Source of the DNA: Octopus sinensis
Lineage: Eukaryota
Direction: 5' to 3'
Length of the DNA stretch: 64,000 nt
Assembly (NCBI RefSeq): GCF_006345805.1
Contig: NC_042997.1
Coordinates: 9,238,001-9,302,000, forward strand
Position 1 is the stretch's first letter. The number at the start of each line of letters is the position of its first letter. This document shows, in pieces, positions 38,791-51,838 of the stretch. The translations under genes were made by a program, and so were the position numbers. Under the pieces are notes generated by a model. That model was not told the DNA's origin. It did no database searches and saw nothing but the letters and a program-made list of their open reading frames with translations.

Positions 38791-40265
38791 CTTGTGCTGG
38801 TGGCATGTGAAACATTCGAGCGAGGTCATCACCAGCGTCACAGGACTGACTCCTGTGCAGGTAGCACATAAAAAGCACCATTTGGGCATGGCCATTGCCA
38901 GTTCCACCAAACTGGCCCTCATGCCGGTGGCACGTAAAAGCAGCCACTACACTCTCGGAGTGGTTGGTGTTAGGAAGGGCATCCAGCTGTAGAAACTCTG
39001 CCAGATCAGATTGGAGTTTGGTTCACCAGACCTCAGTCAAATTGTCCAACCCATGCTAGCATGGAAAGTGGACGTTAAATGATGATGATGATGTAGTGTC
39101 AAAATATTTGTTGCATAATTGTGATCTGGTCACTTACACTGCAAGGGGAACTGTGTTAATGAGCAGTGGGTATTTGTGCAACAAAAATTTTGAAGCTTCA
39201 TGAAATAAGTTTAAAGAGAATTTAACAGCTTTAGGTGTTAGTAAGTGGAATGGCTAGTTTGGAGTTGGAGGAACAGCAAGGAACTTGATTAAATACCTAA
39301 AGGTGTTTAGTGTTGTCTTTCTGACTCTATTTTGTGATTTCAGATCCTTCAGAAGTGTCATCAATCCAAAGTCAATACTCTTTTACTTCTTTTGTTCTTT
39401 ACTGGTTTCAGTCTTTGAACTTTGGCTAAGCTGAGGCACTACCTCTGAAGAATTTACTGAATTAGGTCAGTTCCTGTTATTTTATCGAATACTTAATCAA
39501 TTAATGACATAGTAAATCAAATGGCTATGTCCACTTTGGCCTACATTGTGCAGACAAAATGCTTCAATATTATTCTGTTTAAGGTACAAACTTTATTCAG
39601 TGTATATGATTTGGTTCGGCCGTCCCTTGTATATATAGACACACACATACACATGCATGCACGCACACACACGCATGCACATACACACACGCACACATGT
39701 GTGCGTATGTGCATGAGTTCATGTTTGAGCAAATGGGTGTAAGGTTGCTTTTTAAGCTAGCTCCTGTGGAGGGCTCTTCATTAGGTCTTGGGCCCAACAA
39801 TGACACTTCATGCATTGAACACATATCCAATTTTATTAGACTGCAACAATATTTTTCAAGCAACAAATAATTCTCATCAAAACAATGATATAATTTGTTG
39901 ACTTAGAACTTATTGCAAAGCTGCATGATAAACAACAGTACCACCACCATCGCCATCACATCTGCCATACACACATAGTGCAGACTTCTGATGCCACTAC
40001 CGTCAATACCTTTGACTTTGCCACCTTCCCCTCCATCATCACCACTGTCTTTCACATCACTCACTCTCACTTCATCCCTCACCCCTCAGCTACCACCACC
40101 ACCACCACCACCATCATCACCACCACCTCTGCCTCTATCACAACTACAGTTCATACTATTTACTATCACCCCATTACCTTCACAAAAAGGCTAAATGTGT
40201 ATGTTCATTCAGTATGTTACTTCATTCTCTTAGTTCAGTGGCTTGAGAAAAACATCTTGTGGTAT

Positions 40266-40740
40266 CTCTTTTACTCTTTTACTTGTTTCAGTCATTTTGA
40301 CTATGGCTATGCTGGAGCACCAACTTTAATCGAGCAAATCAACCCCTAGGACTTATTTTTTGTAAGCCTAGTACTTATTCTATCGGTCTCTTTTTGCCGA
40401 ACCACTAAGTTACGGGGATGTAAATACACCAGCATCGTTGTCAAGTGATGTTGGGGGGACAAACACAGACATACAAACATATACACACACATACATATAT
40501 ATATAATATATATATGTATGTGTGTGTATATGTTTGTATGTCTGTGTTTGTCCCCCCATATACATATATATACATATATATATGACGGGCTTCTTTCAGT
40601 TTCCATCTACCAAATCCACTCACAAGGCTTTGGTCGGCCCGAGGCTATAGTAAAAGACACTTGCCCAAGGTGCCATGCAGTGGGACTGAACCTGGAACCA
40701 TGTGGTTGGTAGGCAAGCTACTTACCACACAGCCACTCCT
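40266..40740 (-). mobile_element. CORE-like SINE with internal duplication
   Basis: Reverse complement of the 17922 family. The GGGGGACAAACACAGAC block reappears inverted (TGTCTGTGTTTGTCCCCC) across the internal TA tract. Confidence 0.85.
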
Positions 40741-40954
40741 ACATCTGGTTATGTTTTTTTATTTTAATTCTGAAGTTGAATCTCATTCATATTCATTTTG
40801 TCTTCTATCCTACTAAGGTTGCAGATGAACTGTCACAATCAAACACTTGTCTGATGTTTCTGAAAAGAGCTCAATGTAGGTATGGGCAAAGTTATGGATT
40901 CTATTGGTTATTTACAGGTAAATATATGGAAGATGAGAACTGGTTCCTTTTCCG

Positions 40955-41038
40955 GTCAGAGTGGCCTAGTGGGCTGAAATACAGACCTGGGAATATAAGT
41001 TCACAAAAAGTATGACCAAGGTTCAAATCCTATTGGAG
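40955..41038 (+). pseudogene. tRNA-Leu-like relic or old SINE head
   Basis: GTCAGAGTGGCCTAGTGG A box and GGTTCAAATCC B box with long spacing; no complete cloverleaf. Confidence 0.3.
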
Positions 41039-42434
41039 AAGGCATTTTGGAAAGCATCAGGGGGACACCTAGGAGTCATGATTTGTGTGGGCCTGGCTCC
41101 TGTAGAGTATCATGTATAAGGGTCAAAACACTTGCTGGATAGGAGTCCTTCCTCAGAAAATCTCTCCTGCTGTGCACTCACCTTGTAGCAAGTTTCTGTT
41201 ATTTATTTAGGCCAATAAATGTAGTAACAGTCAAGTAATGGAGTCAATGAATTTATACCATCTTAAAAAGATGTGCCCCTGCTTGGCCAATCAGAAAAAG
41301 AATAAAATCAGCAATCTATTATCAACAGTTGAACAGTAGTTCAAACCATGCTTTTGTAGAAGAAAATCAGCAGAAGTAAGAAAAGCTTGCATCATTGAAT
41401 ACTATTTTTCAGGATAGCTGTGCTAAATACAGGTCAAGAAAAACAGAGAAAGGAATATTTGAAGTCAAATCAAAGATATTAGACAAGGAATTAATTAAAA
41501 TGAACAATGATGGGCTAGTCAGGCCTAAACCAGCAAGACAATAGCTACTACATGGTTGTTTGATGTGGTAGAAATAGCAGTGGAATCATTCACAAATCCC
41601 ACATCCTATTATCTTGAGAAAGGAAGGACACATCAGACAATGTAGAATCAGATACAATATGTCTATATAAAAGTAATATTCAAGATGATCACGTAGCAGA
41701 ATTGTCAATCAGAACTAACCTGGCTTAAATAACAACAACAATAGTGATAATTAAATTAAACTTTCATTATAGCACTGCTGCTGTTAATGGTGGACGTAAT
41801 GAGGAGGAAGAAGACCTAGATGATGAAAGAGTTCAAGACAGCCATGAGGATGATGATGAGTTTTCTCAATTTCATATGATAATTAATTTTTCTCGGTAAT
41901 TTCTGTTACACTATAATATTTTGACAGATATAATTCAGAACTGGAGATGATGTCTGTTGTCTAGCATCTAATGTCTTAATTTTAGGTCTGAAAAATTACA
42001 GTAGGTAATCCCTAGAGACACAAGAAAATTAGTTGCTAAAATATTTTTGGTAATATGCCATGTGTATCAGAAACCTAGTCGCTACAATGCCAGATGATTA
42101 AAACATTTCAAGCACTAATTGATTGAAATTCTTGCCTAAATTATAACTATACACTTATGAAAGTTTCAATATATATATATATATATTCCCAGCTGAAAGC
42201 CAACATTTATGTAAAAATATTTGTATTTGTATGAACTCATTCATACTTACACACATGCGTGTGTGCATATGTCTGTGTATGTAGCAGAACTCTTCAAGTA
42301 AATTTGTTCATATTTCCTTTATACTATGAAGCAAAAATTAACTCTTTCCTTCTTAAGCTTTCACTTTATAGATTTCTCTCTCAATCTCTCTCTCCGCTTC
42401 TCTCTGTCTAATTGGAAGTATGTGCACACACACA

Positions 42435-42506
<72 letters not shown>

Positions 42507-42879
42507 GGAATGGTCTGTAATAGAACACTGAATTAAGTTCATGCATATTTCCTTTATATCATGTAGCAAAACTTAATTCTTTCCTTCTAAGCTTTCATAC
42601 TATAGATTGGTATTTTAGCCTCAAATAATAATTAGAAATGTCTATGAATATTTGTTAAGAACTTCCAGGCAAAACATTCCTCAATGAAACCACAAGACTA
42701 GTTATGCTGTTTCAGGTGTTGTTTTACGTTACATATCATCACCAACATCATCATTTACGTCTGTTTTCCAAGAAAGTATAGGAAGGTAAACACATCACAC
42801 ACCTCTTCAGGTAGGTGGCTCTGCTTCATCTGTAGAAATGTAGGCAGAAACTCCATAAGATGTAGCCAGTGTAAGCTAT

Positions 42880-44003
42880 GAATACATAAGAGATGCAGAA
42901 ACATCAAAGGAAAATTAACCAAGAAGATAGCTTTTGTGTGCAGCAGATGCACAGGGGCAATAAACACCACAGATGCTCAGAAAACAGATTCCATCACATG
43001 CCAGGGGAGAAACTAGAAGTAGTTGATAGCTTCTACTCCCTAGGTGACCAAGTCTGTAGTGGGGATGGATGCTCTGAGAGCATTGCCACTAGAATAAGAA
43101 TAGCCTGGGAAAAGTTCAGAAAGCTCCTACCCCTACTGGTGACAAAGGTCCTCTCACTCAGAGTGGAAGGTAGATTGTATGATGCATATGTGGGAACTGC
43201 CATGCTTCACAGCAGTGAAACATAGGCCTGACTGCTGAAGACATGTATAGGCTCAAACAAAATGAAGCTATCATGATCTGCTGAATGTGTAATGTCAGTG
43301 TACAAACACGACAGAGTGTAAGTGTCCTGAGAGAAATGTTGGACATAATAAGCATCGGATGTGGCATGCAAGAGAGACGTTTGCATTGGTATGGTCATGT
43401 ACTATGGATGGATGAGGAGAGCTGTTTGAAGAAGTGGCACACCCAAACAGTGGAAGGAATCCGAGGTAGAGGGAGACCCAGGAAGACATAGGATGAGGTG
43501 GTGAAGCATGACATTCCCCACCTCCTCTCATGAATGCTGGGCCTCACAGAGGCAATGACGAAAGACCAAAACCTCTGGAGATATGCTGTAACTGAGAAGA
43601 CCTGGCAAATAAAGTGAGTTCACAGCTTTAACCTACACCAGTGTTGCATAACCACTCAAAAAGTACCTTAGATCGTAGGGCAACATGCCATGCTTGAAGA
43701 GTCTTATTGAGTCAAGTACATCAAAATCAAAATCTAATCAAATCACAATCAAATGGAAATTGTAGTTGTGGTCCCCATGTCAGTCGCATGTAAAAAGCAC
43801 CATCCGATCATGGTCGATGCCAGCCCCCTTCTGGCCCCTGTGCCGTGGGTACGTAAAAAAGCAGTTGGTGTTAGGAAAGGCATCCAGCTGTAGAAACACT
43901 GCCAGGTCAGACTGGAGCTTGGTGCAGCCTCCTGGCTTCCCAGACCTCACTCGAACCGTCCAATCCATGCCAGCATTGAAAACGGACGTTAAACAATGAT
44001 GAT
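42880..44003 (+). mobile_element. 5'-truncated RTE LINE: RT C-terminus plus 3' UTR
   Basis: EKLEVVDSFYSLGD...IRIAWEKFRKLLPLL...GRLYDA...MLHSSET...RLHWYGHV...RGRGRPRKT, contiguous with the (GAT)-tailed module. Confidence 0.9.
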
Positions 44004-44217
44004 ATATTAGGATAAAGTCATTATCTAATGATTTATCAGTGGCCTGCATACTAAAAGTACCATAATGATTAATTTATATTAAAATTATAATAAGGGTATT
44101 GAATTATTACAACACCAGTCTGCTAGAAATAGACCCCAAAATGGTCTATCAACCACTTAGATTATTACTCCACAACACAAGGTTGTAAGCAAGGATTTAT
44201 AAAATAATTTGGATAGT

Positions 44218-44276
44218 ACCATATCTATAGATTTCCTGGTTTGAGTTATTAAAAACCTTTTCTGATCATCAATGGC
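44218..44276 (-). ncRNA. Type I HHR with C3U lesion
   Basis: GCCA | TTGATGA | ..GGTTT/AAACC.. | GAAA | TCTATAGA | TA | TGGT; palindromic stem III ATCTATAGAT. Confidence 0.45.
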
Positions 44277-44510
44277 AACATACCGAATATAAATAAATGA
44301 AAAATACATTATACATACCACCATAAGGGCAAATAATATACATGCATTTCGCATGTATTCTTGAATTTACATCTAAGCGCTTATTTCAACCATGTGCTTA
44401 TTTACTCAGAACAGTTCAGCAGTAAATATGTTACAGGAGTGAATTAATACATATTTTTTGTACATAATTTGGAGAAAGTCATTTTGTAAGGATTTTATCA
44501 GTGGCCAGCA

Positions 44511-44558
<48 letters not shown>

Positions 44559-44641
44559 CAACCCATGCTAGCATGGAGAACGGACGTTAAACGACGATGA
44601 TGATATATATATATATATATATATAAGTATGTATATATATA

Positions 44642-44683
<42 letters not shown>

Positions 44684-45762
44684 GAGAGAGAGAGAAAGAG
44701 GGAGATAGTTAGACAGATAAATAGATATAGATATTTAATGTATACATATATATACACACACATACACATTCATATTTATATATTTATACACTCACACACA
44801 CACCACACATATATTTATACACTCACACACACACACACATATATATATACACACACATTATATATATATATAATATATATATATTATGTATATATATATA
44901 CTCTTTGAAGACTCATAGCTACCTCACTTTCTCTTCAAAGATGGAACTAGTAACTTTTATTATCTTTTATCTTGGATTTTTCCTTATAGCTCAACAATGG
45001 AACTGCTAATGAATATTATCATTCACTAAGGAGTTCATTCATTCTTCAACCATGAAACTACCGACCAATATTATATTTCTACTTTGGATACCCCTTAGTC
45101 AACAAACTGGTACCTATTAATATCCTTGTTTAAAGATATTCTTTAGTTTTTCCTCTCTTTCCGGTGATGGAATATTTAGCTCACGTGAAAATCCTTGCTC
45201 AATAACACATGCTCAGCTAGTCTAGAAACTTAAAAGAGACTTCACCTATTTACTATAACTACTCTGCATTATTTTGTTCTTTTATATTTTCATTTAATAG
45301 TTTAAATCTCTTTATACCAAGGTCAATTAGGCCATCCATCTGTCACACAGTCAATAAACTAAGTACTAGACAAAGCATTGTGATTAATATAATTGACCAA
45401 AAATCTTGAAAGCATTGCCCGAGCTTAGCCGCAATCCAATGACTGAAGCAAACATAAGTTTAATTTCACCTATTTATTTTTACCAAAACTTTATGTATTT
45501 ATTTATGTCAATTAATTTAATAAGCATATTAATTATCAATGAGAGAACTGATTATTATTTATTACTTTTGTTAGTGTATTTATAGGACATAGCATAATAT
45601 ATACACTTAGCCTGTATCAAGAATTGGCTCAAGTTAATTTGAACTCATAACCCATGAGGAACTGATGGCCAAATCCTTTAACTACTTGATAATATTATCT
45701 CTGCTTCTGACGTGTTTATATTTTATTACAGGTGATATTATTATATGAAGCAAATTTCTTAG

Positions 45763-45858
45763 AAATGTAATCAGTGCTATGTCAGAGGTCAACGATGTAG
45801 AAAGAGGAACTTTAATCACAAGTTGTGATGGAGATTTCACCTTATGTCTCACTTGTCA
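45763..45858 (+). CDS. Candidate 96 nt exon
   Basis: aaatttcttag acceptor, NVISAMSEVNDVERGTLITSCDGDFTLCLTC, CA|gtaagg donor; phase 2 to 2, protein-like composition. Confidence 0.45.
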
Positions 45859-46380
45859 GTAAGGTTTCAAATGCTGAATATTCTGTACAATTGAATTCAA
45901 TCAATAAATTTGGTTTAAGTATGTTAAAGCAGTTTACGACACCCATTTAGCATTAACAAGAATATAGCTTTCTAGTTGGCTTAGATAGAATTCAACATTA
46001 AAAAAAAGGAAAGAGAAGAAAGGTGAACAATTTGGCACCAGGTCTGAATTATTGACACTTTGTAACCCTAAAATCATAAAATAAACTGGGATAGGTGCTT
46101 TAATAATGAAATATTGAAAGATTTGATGAAATTTCTATTCAACCATATTGGACATATAAATTGCAAAAATTCCACAAAACTAAGACTAAAGAAAAGCAGC
46201 CAACTTGTTTACAAAATATTATTAAAGAAAGCAAATTTATATTGTGTGTAAAAAAAAAACAACAACAAAAAGCTCGAAATCTTTATGAGAATATCTAAGA
46301 AATGTTGCCAAATTCATTTACTGATGAAAAAATATCTGAACTACGTTTTACCTACACACACACACTCACAAGCACACAGA

Positions 46381-46424
<44 letters not shown>

Positions 46425-46710
46425 AGCACACACACATGAGCACACATACACATACATACACACACATATATATATGTGGGAGTGTGGGGTGCATTTTTTT
46501 TTGTTTTTGTTATTTCATTTGTGTATATTTATTATTAAATTACTTTCCTTTTTTAGTTTTTAACTCGATATTACAATGGAATAGTGATATCCTGAAAGCA
46601 CAGCAGGGATGACTGTTGATGCCAAAGATCAAGGAAGACTTTTATCTCCAGTCAGAGATCAGAGCAAATATTTTCTTTCCTTAATATATAATGTATAAAG
46701 CTAAACTGAC

Positions 46711-46711
<1 letters not shown>

Positions 46712-46800
<89 letters not shown>

Positions 46801-46835
46801 CAACAAAAACAACAACAACAACAATGATAATAATA
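46712..46835. repeat. (TAA)n/(CAA)n microsatellite
   Basis: Long TAA run grading into CAA. Confidence 0.95.
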
Positions 46836-47189
46836 ACTGTATATTTTATTCTTGATGATAATGGTGATGAAAAAATATCAAATAACGAAAAATAAATCTC
46901 AACAAAGTGGGGTTAGATTGTTGATTTCTCTCCTCTCCTCAATTATTGTGTATTTTATTTTATTTTATTTTATTTTATTTTACTCTTAAGAACTGGGTTT
47001 TGGTGTGGTTTCTCATTCTTCCTCTTCAGAGCACCATATTGAATTTATGAAATTCAAAGCAAACATACTCATGTGGATGGATGCATCAAGAAATATATAC
47101 AGAGCAGTGGCAGGATACATGCCTACATATACATCCACATACACACGCACACACAAATATACTCATAAATACACACATGAATGTGTGTA

Positions 47190-47225
47190 TATATACATAC
47201 ATATATATATATACATACATATATA

Positions 47226-47290
<65 letters not shown>

Positions 47291-47530
47291 ACATATATAT
47301 ATATACATATACATATTATAATATACATATATACATATACATATACATATATATATACATATACATATATATATATATATAACATATATATATACGTATA
47401 TATATATACATATACATATATATACATATATATATACATATATATATACATATACATAACATATACATATACATATATATATACATATACTATTACATAT
47501 ATATATATCATATACATACATATATATACT
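47190..47530. repeat. (TA)n/(TATACA)n tract flanking the PLE
   Basis: Direct sequence; source of the 130-150 aa YIYI ORFs. Confidence 0.95.
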
Positions 47531-47795
47531 TAACTTCGTTTCCTCTGCTGCACCCCCCTTTTTTTGCCTCCCCCCCTCTCTCTGCTTCCCTTCTTTCTTT
47601 CCCTTTTCCGTTTGCCCCGTCTTTTCTGCCCCTATCGCTTACTTATCTAGTTTTTTCATACGATTATTATTTTTTTTTTGTTTTTTGAACGTTTGTTTTT
47701 TCCCCTTTTTTCGCTATCCTTTTTTTCTATTTTTTCATACGATAATTTTTTTTTTTTTTTTTTTTTTCGAACGTTTTTTTTTCCGCTATCCCATC

Positions 47796-50717
47796 ATGCC
47801 GGATCCTAGGTCCTACCTCCTCACTCTCCATCACCCGTTTGAAGGATCATCTACGTTCGCTTCCTGTATATTGCCTTCAGCCGTCCGTTAATCTCTCTCT
47901 ACTTCTTTTTAAAAAAACCCGCTTCTCTAGCCATGTCTCTTTCCTAAGCCGCTGCCTACATCACCGACTCATCCCTAAGGTTTCCGCCTCCACTTCCACC
48001 CTGCTCTCCACTCGGATTCTCCATCTTATCCATACTCCGCACCACATCTTACCGCCTTATGCGGGCCACCATTCGCTCCAATCTCTCCAAACTACATGCC
48101 ATCAACCGCCTTCTTCCTCTGCTTTCTCCACCTTCTTCTCTCTCTCTGCGCCCTCTCTATGCTCAAAACCGCTACGCTTCATTATCCATTTGAATCAACT
48201 CTTCCATCAATTTCTTTCTGATACCAAACTTCGTAAACTCCAATCACTCTTCCATTCAACCCTACCCGACGCCACTACCCCAACTCCTCCCCACCACCCT
48301 TCTCCCCCTCCCGATAGGCTCCATCCACCCACACCTAACCCCCACTGCCCCTCCCTACAACCCCTTCTCTCCCCTCCCGTTAGGCTCCATCCACCTACAC
48401 CTAACCCTTACTGCCCCGCCCAACCACCCCCACACACCTCTCCAATCCCTCCCCCTCAGACCTCCACGAGACCTACCACCCCTCCTACTTCTTCTATTCC
48501 ATCCACCCCCCTTCTCCACTTCCGTCTGTTGTTACCATTCCCCCCGATCTTCCCCTCTCTGCAGCTGAACGCTCCGTCCTTGGTAGGGGTCTGCGTTTCA
48601 TACCCCTCACTCCATCCTGTAAGGAATTCCAGACGCGAGTTGATGTCCACAGCTTTGTGCGCCGTGTCCGGTTGGGTGCGCATTACCACGACTCGCCACC
48701 CACACCCAACGAAGAGGACGACTGCTTCACTGGCCTGGGCCGCCGACCATCCCCGTGACGCCTGCCCCTGGCCAGATCCTAGCAGTGGATCTTTTCGCGG
48801 GCGCTTGTCACGTGCAATGAGCGGTTTCAACTTCTCCAGGCGCCAACGCCGCCTCAACATCTCCCCGGCTGAGCTCTTGGCTCTTCGTTCCCTCCAACGG
48901 CGCGCTGACATTATCATCAAACCGGCTGACAAGGGTGGAGCTGTAGTGGTGGTGGCGCGGACCTCTATAGGGCCGAGGCTTTCCGCCAACTCAATGACAC
49001 CTCCTTCTATTCCCCTCTGCCCTCTAACCCCACACGTAGCTACCAACAGACGGTATCCTCTACTGTCCAAGACCTCATCTCGTCCTCCCGTCTCCCCCGC
49101 ACCGCATCCAACCTAATTGTGCGAACCCCACGTACCCCCACCATTTACTTCTCCTCCCCAAAATCCACAAACCAACAACCCTGGCCGCCCCATCGTCTCC
49201 GCCTGTAACTGCCCCACGGAGCTCATCTCTAAATACCTCGACCGTGTCCTTGCCTAGTGGCATCTCTTCCCTCCCACATCCACGATACCAACCATGCTCT
49301 CCGGCTTTTCAACTCTTTCTCCTTTCCCTCCCGGCTCCTCCAAAATCCTTTTTACTATGACATCCAAGCCTCTATACTGTTATCCCTCACCACGAAGGAC
49401 TGCAGGCCCTTCGACACTTTCTTGACCTCCGCTCTAACCCTGTACCTGACAACCTCCACACTCATTCGTCTGGCCGAACTTGTCCTTACTCTGACTGCTT
49501 CTGGTTCGCGGGCGAGTTCTACCATCAGGTCTCGGGAGTGGCCATGGGAACGCGAATGGGCCCCAACTATGCGAACCTGTTCGTTGGCTATGTTGAGGCC
49601 CAAATATTCTCTAATTTCACTGGTCCCACTCCTGACTATATGGTCGTTATATTGACGACATTATCGGTGCCACCTCACTCTCCCCGAGAACATCTAGATT
49701 CCTTCCTCTCTTTCGTCCAATCTTTCCATCCAGCCCTCCACTTCACTCCACTATCTCCAACACCTCTGTCTCCTTCCTCGACATTTCGGTTAGCATTCTT
49801 CACTCCACTCTTACCACCTCCATTCACTACAAACACACAGACTCCACACTCATACCTCAACTTTTCTTCCTCCCACCCAGAACACACACCAAGCTTTCCA
49901 TCCCCTATTCCCAATTCCTCCGTCTACGTAGGCTCTGTAGTGACGACCATGACTTTGAGACTCAGTCTCAACGTATGGCTCACCACTTCACCCTACGTGG
50001 ATACCCCCTCACCACTATCCACACCGCCCTTGCCAGAGCACGGTCCGTGGACCGTGTATCTGCTCTCTCCTCCCCGAACCCGCCCTGTAGTCTCTCCCCT
50101 CCGCCTCCCTTTTCCCCTCACTTACCACCCCACGACCCTACGTCTCCAACGCACAATTCTTCGAGCTTTCCGTCATCTCCAGTCCGACCCGTCCACTTCA
50201 CACCTCTTCCCTAACCGACCCCTCCCCTCTTTCAAACGAGCCCACAACCTTCGAGACCTTTTGGTCCATAGCTCCTTCCCTGACCCTACCTCCCAACCCG
50301 GCTCGTTCCCCTGCTCCCGCCCACGTTGCCGCACTTGCCCTTACCTCTCCAACACCACCCCGCCTCACTAGCACCCACCATCGACCCTATCCCATCATCC
50401 ACTCCTTCACCTGCACCTCCAGCAATATTATCTATTGCATCTCTTGCTATCTCTGCAATTCCTTGTACATCGGACAAACGGGACGCCGCTTGGCTGACCG
50501 GTTCGCGGAACACCTTCGTGACATCCACCTTGCGAACGACACACCGGTCCTCACGCCATTCCGCTCCACCGGTCACTCCTTGCAACACCTATCTGTGTTC
50601 GGTTTGTCCTTACACAGAGGCCATCCGGATTCCCGTTTGCGCCGTGAACAGGAATTAATCTTCTCTCTTCGCTCTTATACGCCATTTGGTCTCAACTCTC
50701 TCCCCCTCCTCATCTAA
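47796..50717 (+). pseudogene. PLE polyprotein (reverse transcriptase + GIY-YIG endonuclease), frameshifted in this sequence
   Basis: ATG 47796; H..FLSRCL..LIPK; IIIKPADKGGAVVV; PGRPIVSACNCPTELISKYLD; GVAMGTRMGPNYANLFVGYVE; YGRYIDD; Cys linker CSRPRCRTC; IIYCISC..C..LYIGQTGRRLADRFAEH; ends FGLNSLPLLI* at 50717. Confidence 0.9.
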
Positions 50718-51592
50718 CCTCACCCCCCTCCTCACCTTCCTTTCTCTTCTTTCTCCCCCCGACCCTACCTCTTCAGTCCTTCATCCTTTCACCCCCCTAC
50801 TCCCTTCCCTTCCTCCCTCTTTCTCCCTCCCTCTTCCCCTTCCCTCTGCTCCCTCACTCCCTCTCTCTCCCCTTCTCTCTCCCCCTCCCCTCTCCCTCTC
50901 CTCCTTCATCCCCCTCATCCCCTTCCTTCTTCTCCCCCATCCTCTCCTCTCCCCCCTTCTCCTCCCCCTCTTCTTTCCCCCTCCCCTTCTCTCCCCCCTC
51001 TTCTCCCCCTCCCCCTCTTCTCCTCACTACACCACATGACTTTACACATCACATCACATATGATGTGCCATACTAATACACACACCAACTAATACATACT
51101 AATACTAACGTACTATACATACTAGTACATACTAATACTTACACCAACCCTATACATACACACGTCCAGACCCCGCATACGCACTTATACTCTCTCACAC
51201 ACACACACACACCCCTATACATACCAATACGTACTAATACATACTAAGACATACTAATACCTGCACCACCCCATACATACGCACGTCCAGACCAATCTTA
51301 CGCACTAATACTCTCTCATACACACACCACACACACACACACACACCACACCCTTATACATACTAATACATACACCAACCCTATACATACACACACATCC
51401 AACCCCTCCCACGCACTTTTAGCTGGTCCCTCAACCCTTTTATCAACCCTATTATCTCCCCTTATTTTGCTCTCGCGTCTCATGTTTGATCTTTGACCTC
51501 TGGCCGAAATCAGATCGCCATGTTGATTCGTTAGCTACTGCACAACGCATTTTTTTTCTCTCCTTCTTTCTGTGTTTTTTCTCTCTCTGGTA

Positions 51593-51630
51593 TCTTTCTG
51601 TTGAAGAGCGTAGGCTCGAAACGTTAAAGA
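51593..51630 (+). ncRNA. Minimal type I HHR of the PLE, A6U core variant
   Basis: TCTTT | CTGTTGA | A GAG cgtagg CTC | GAAA | CG TT | AAAGA: perfect 5 bp stem I, 3 bp stem II, palindromic AACGTT stem III. Confidence 0.6.
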
Positions 51631-51791
51631 CTTGTTTTATTTATATTTCCTGAGCGCGTCCATACTAATACAATTGTTCGTTTGTTTTCCACCTGCCTTC
51701 GTCTTTTGTTTATTTTCATAAAGCTTCCCGTTATATATATATATCTATACCACATACATAACTATATACATATATAATACATATATAGAAT

Positions 51792-51838
<47 letters not shown>

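Larger units (their letters stand above)
47531..51731 (+). mobile_element. Near full-length Penelope-like element (Neptune-like) inserted in (TA)n
   Basis: Single frameshifted ORF with PLE N-terminus, RT and GIY-YIG; pyrimidine-rich 3' UTR with ~120 bp subrepeats; terminal HHR motif; TA microsatellite on both sides. Confidence 0.9.

Noticed and set aside
44903-44955. CTTTGAAGA/TCTTCAAAG inverted repeat near GAACTAGTA
   Set aside because: Stem I does not pair and the core has two lesions; compatible with chance.
48456-50658. Antisense and alternate-frame ORFs over the PLE (204 aa, 100 aa, 110 aa)
   Set aside because: Expected by-product of the extreme C-rich strand bias; no independent motifs.
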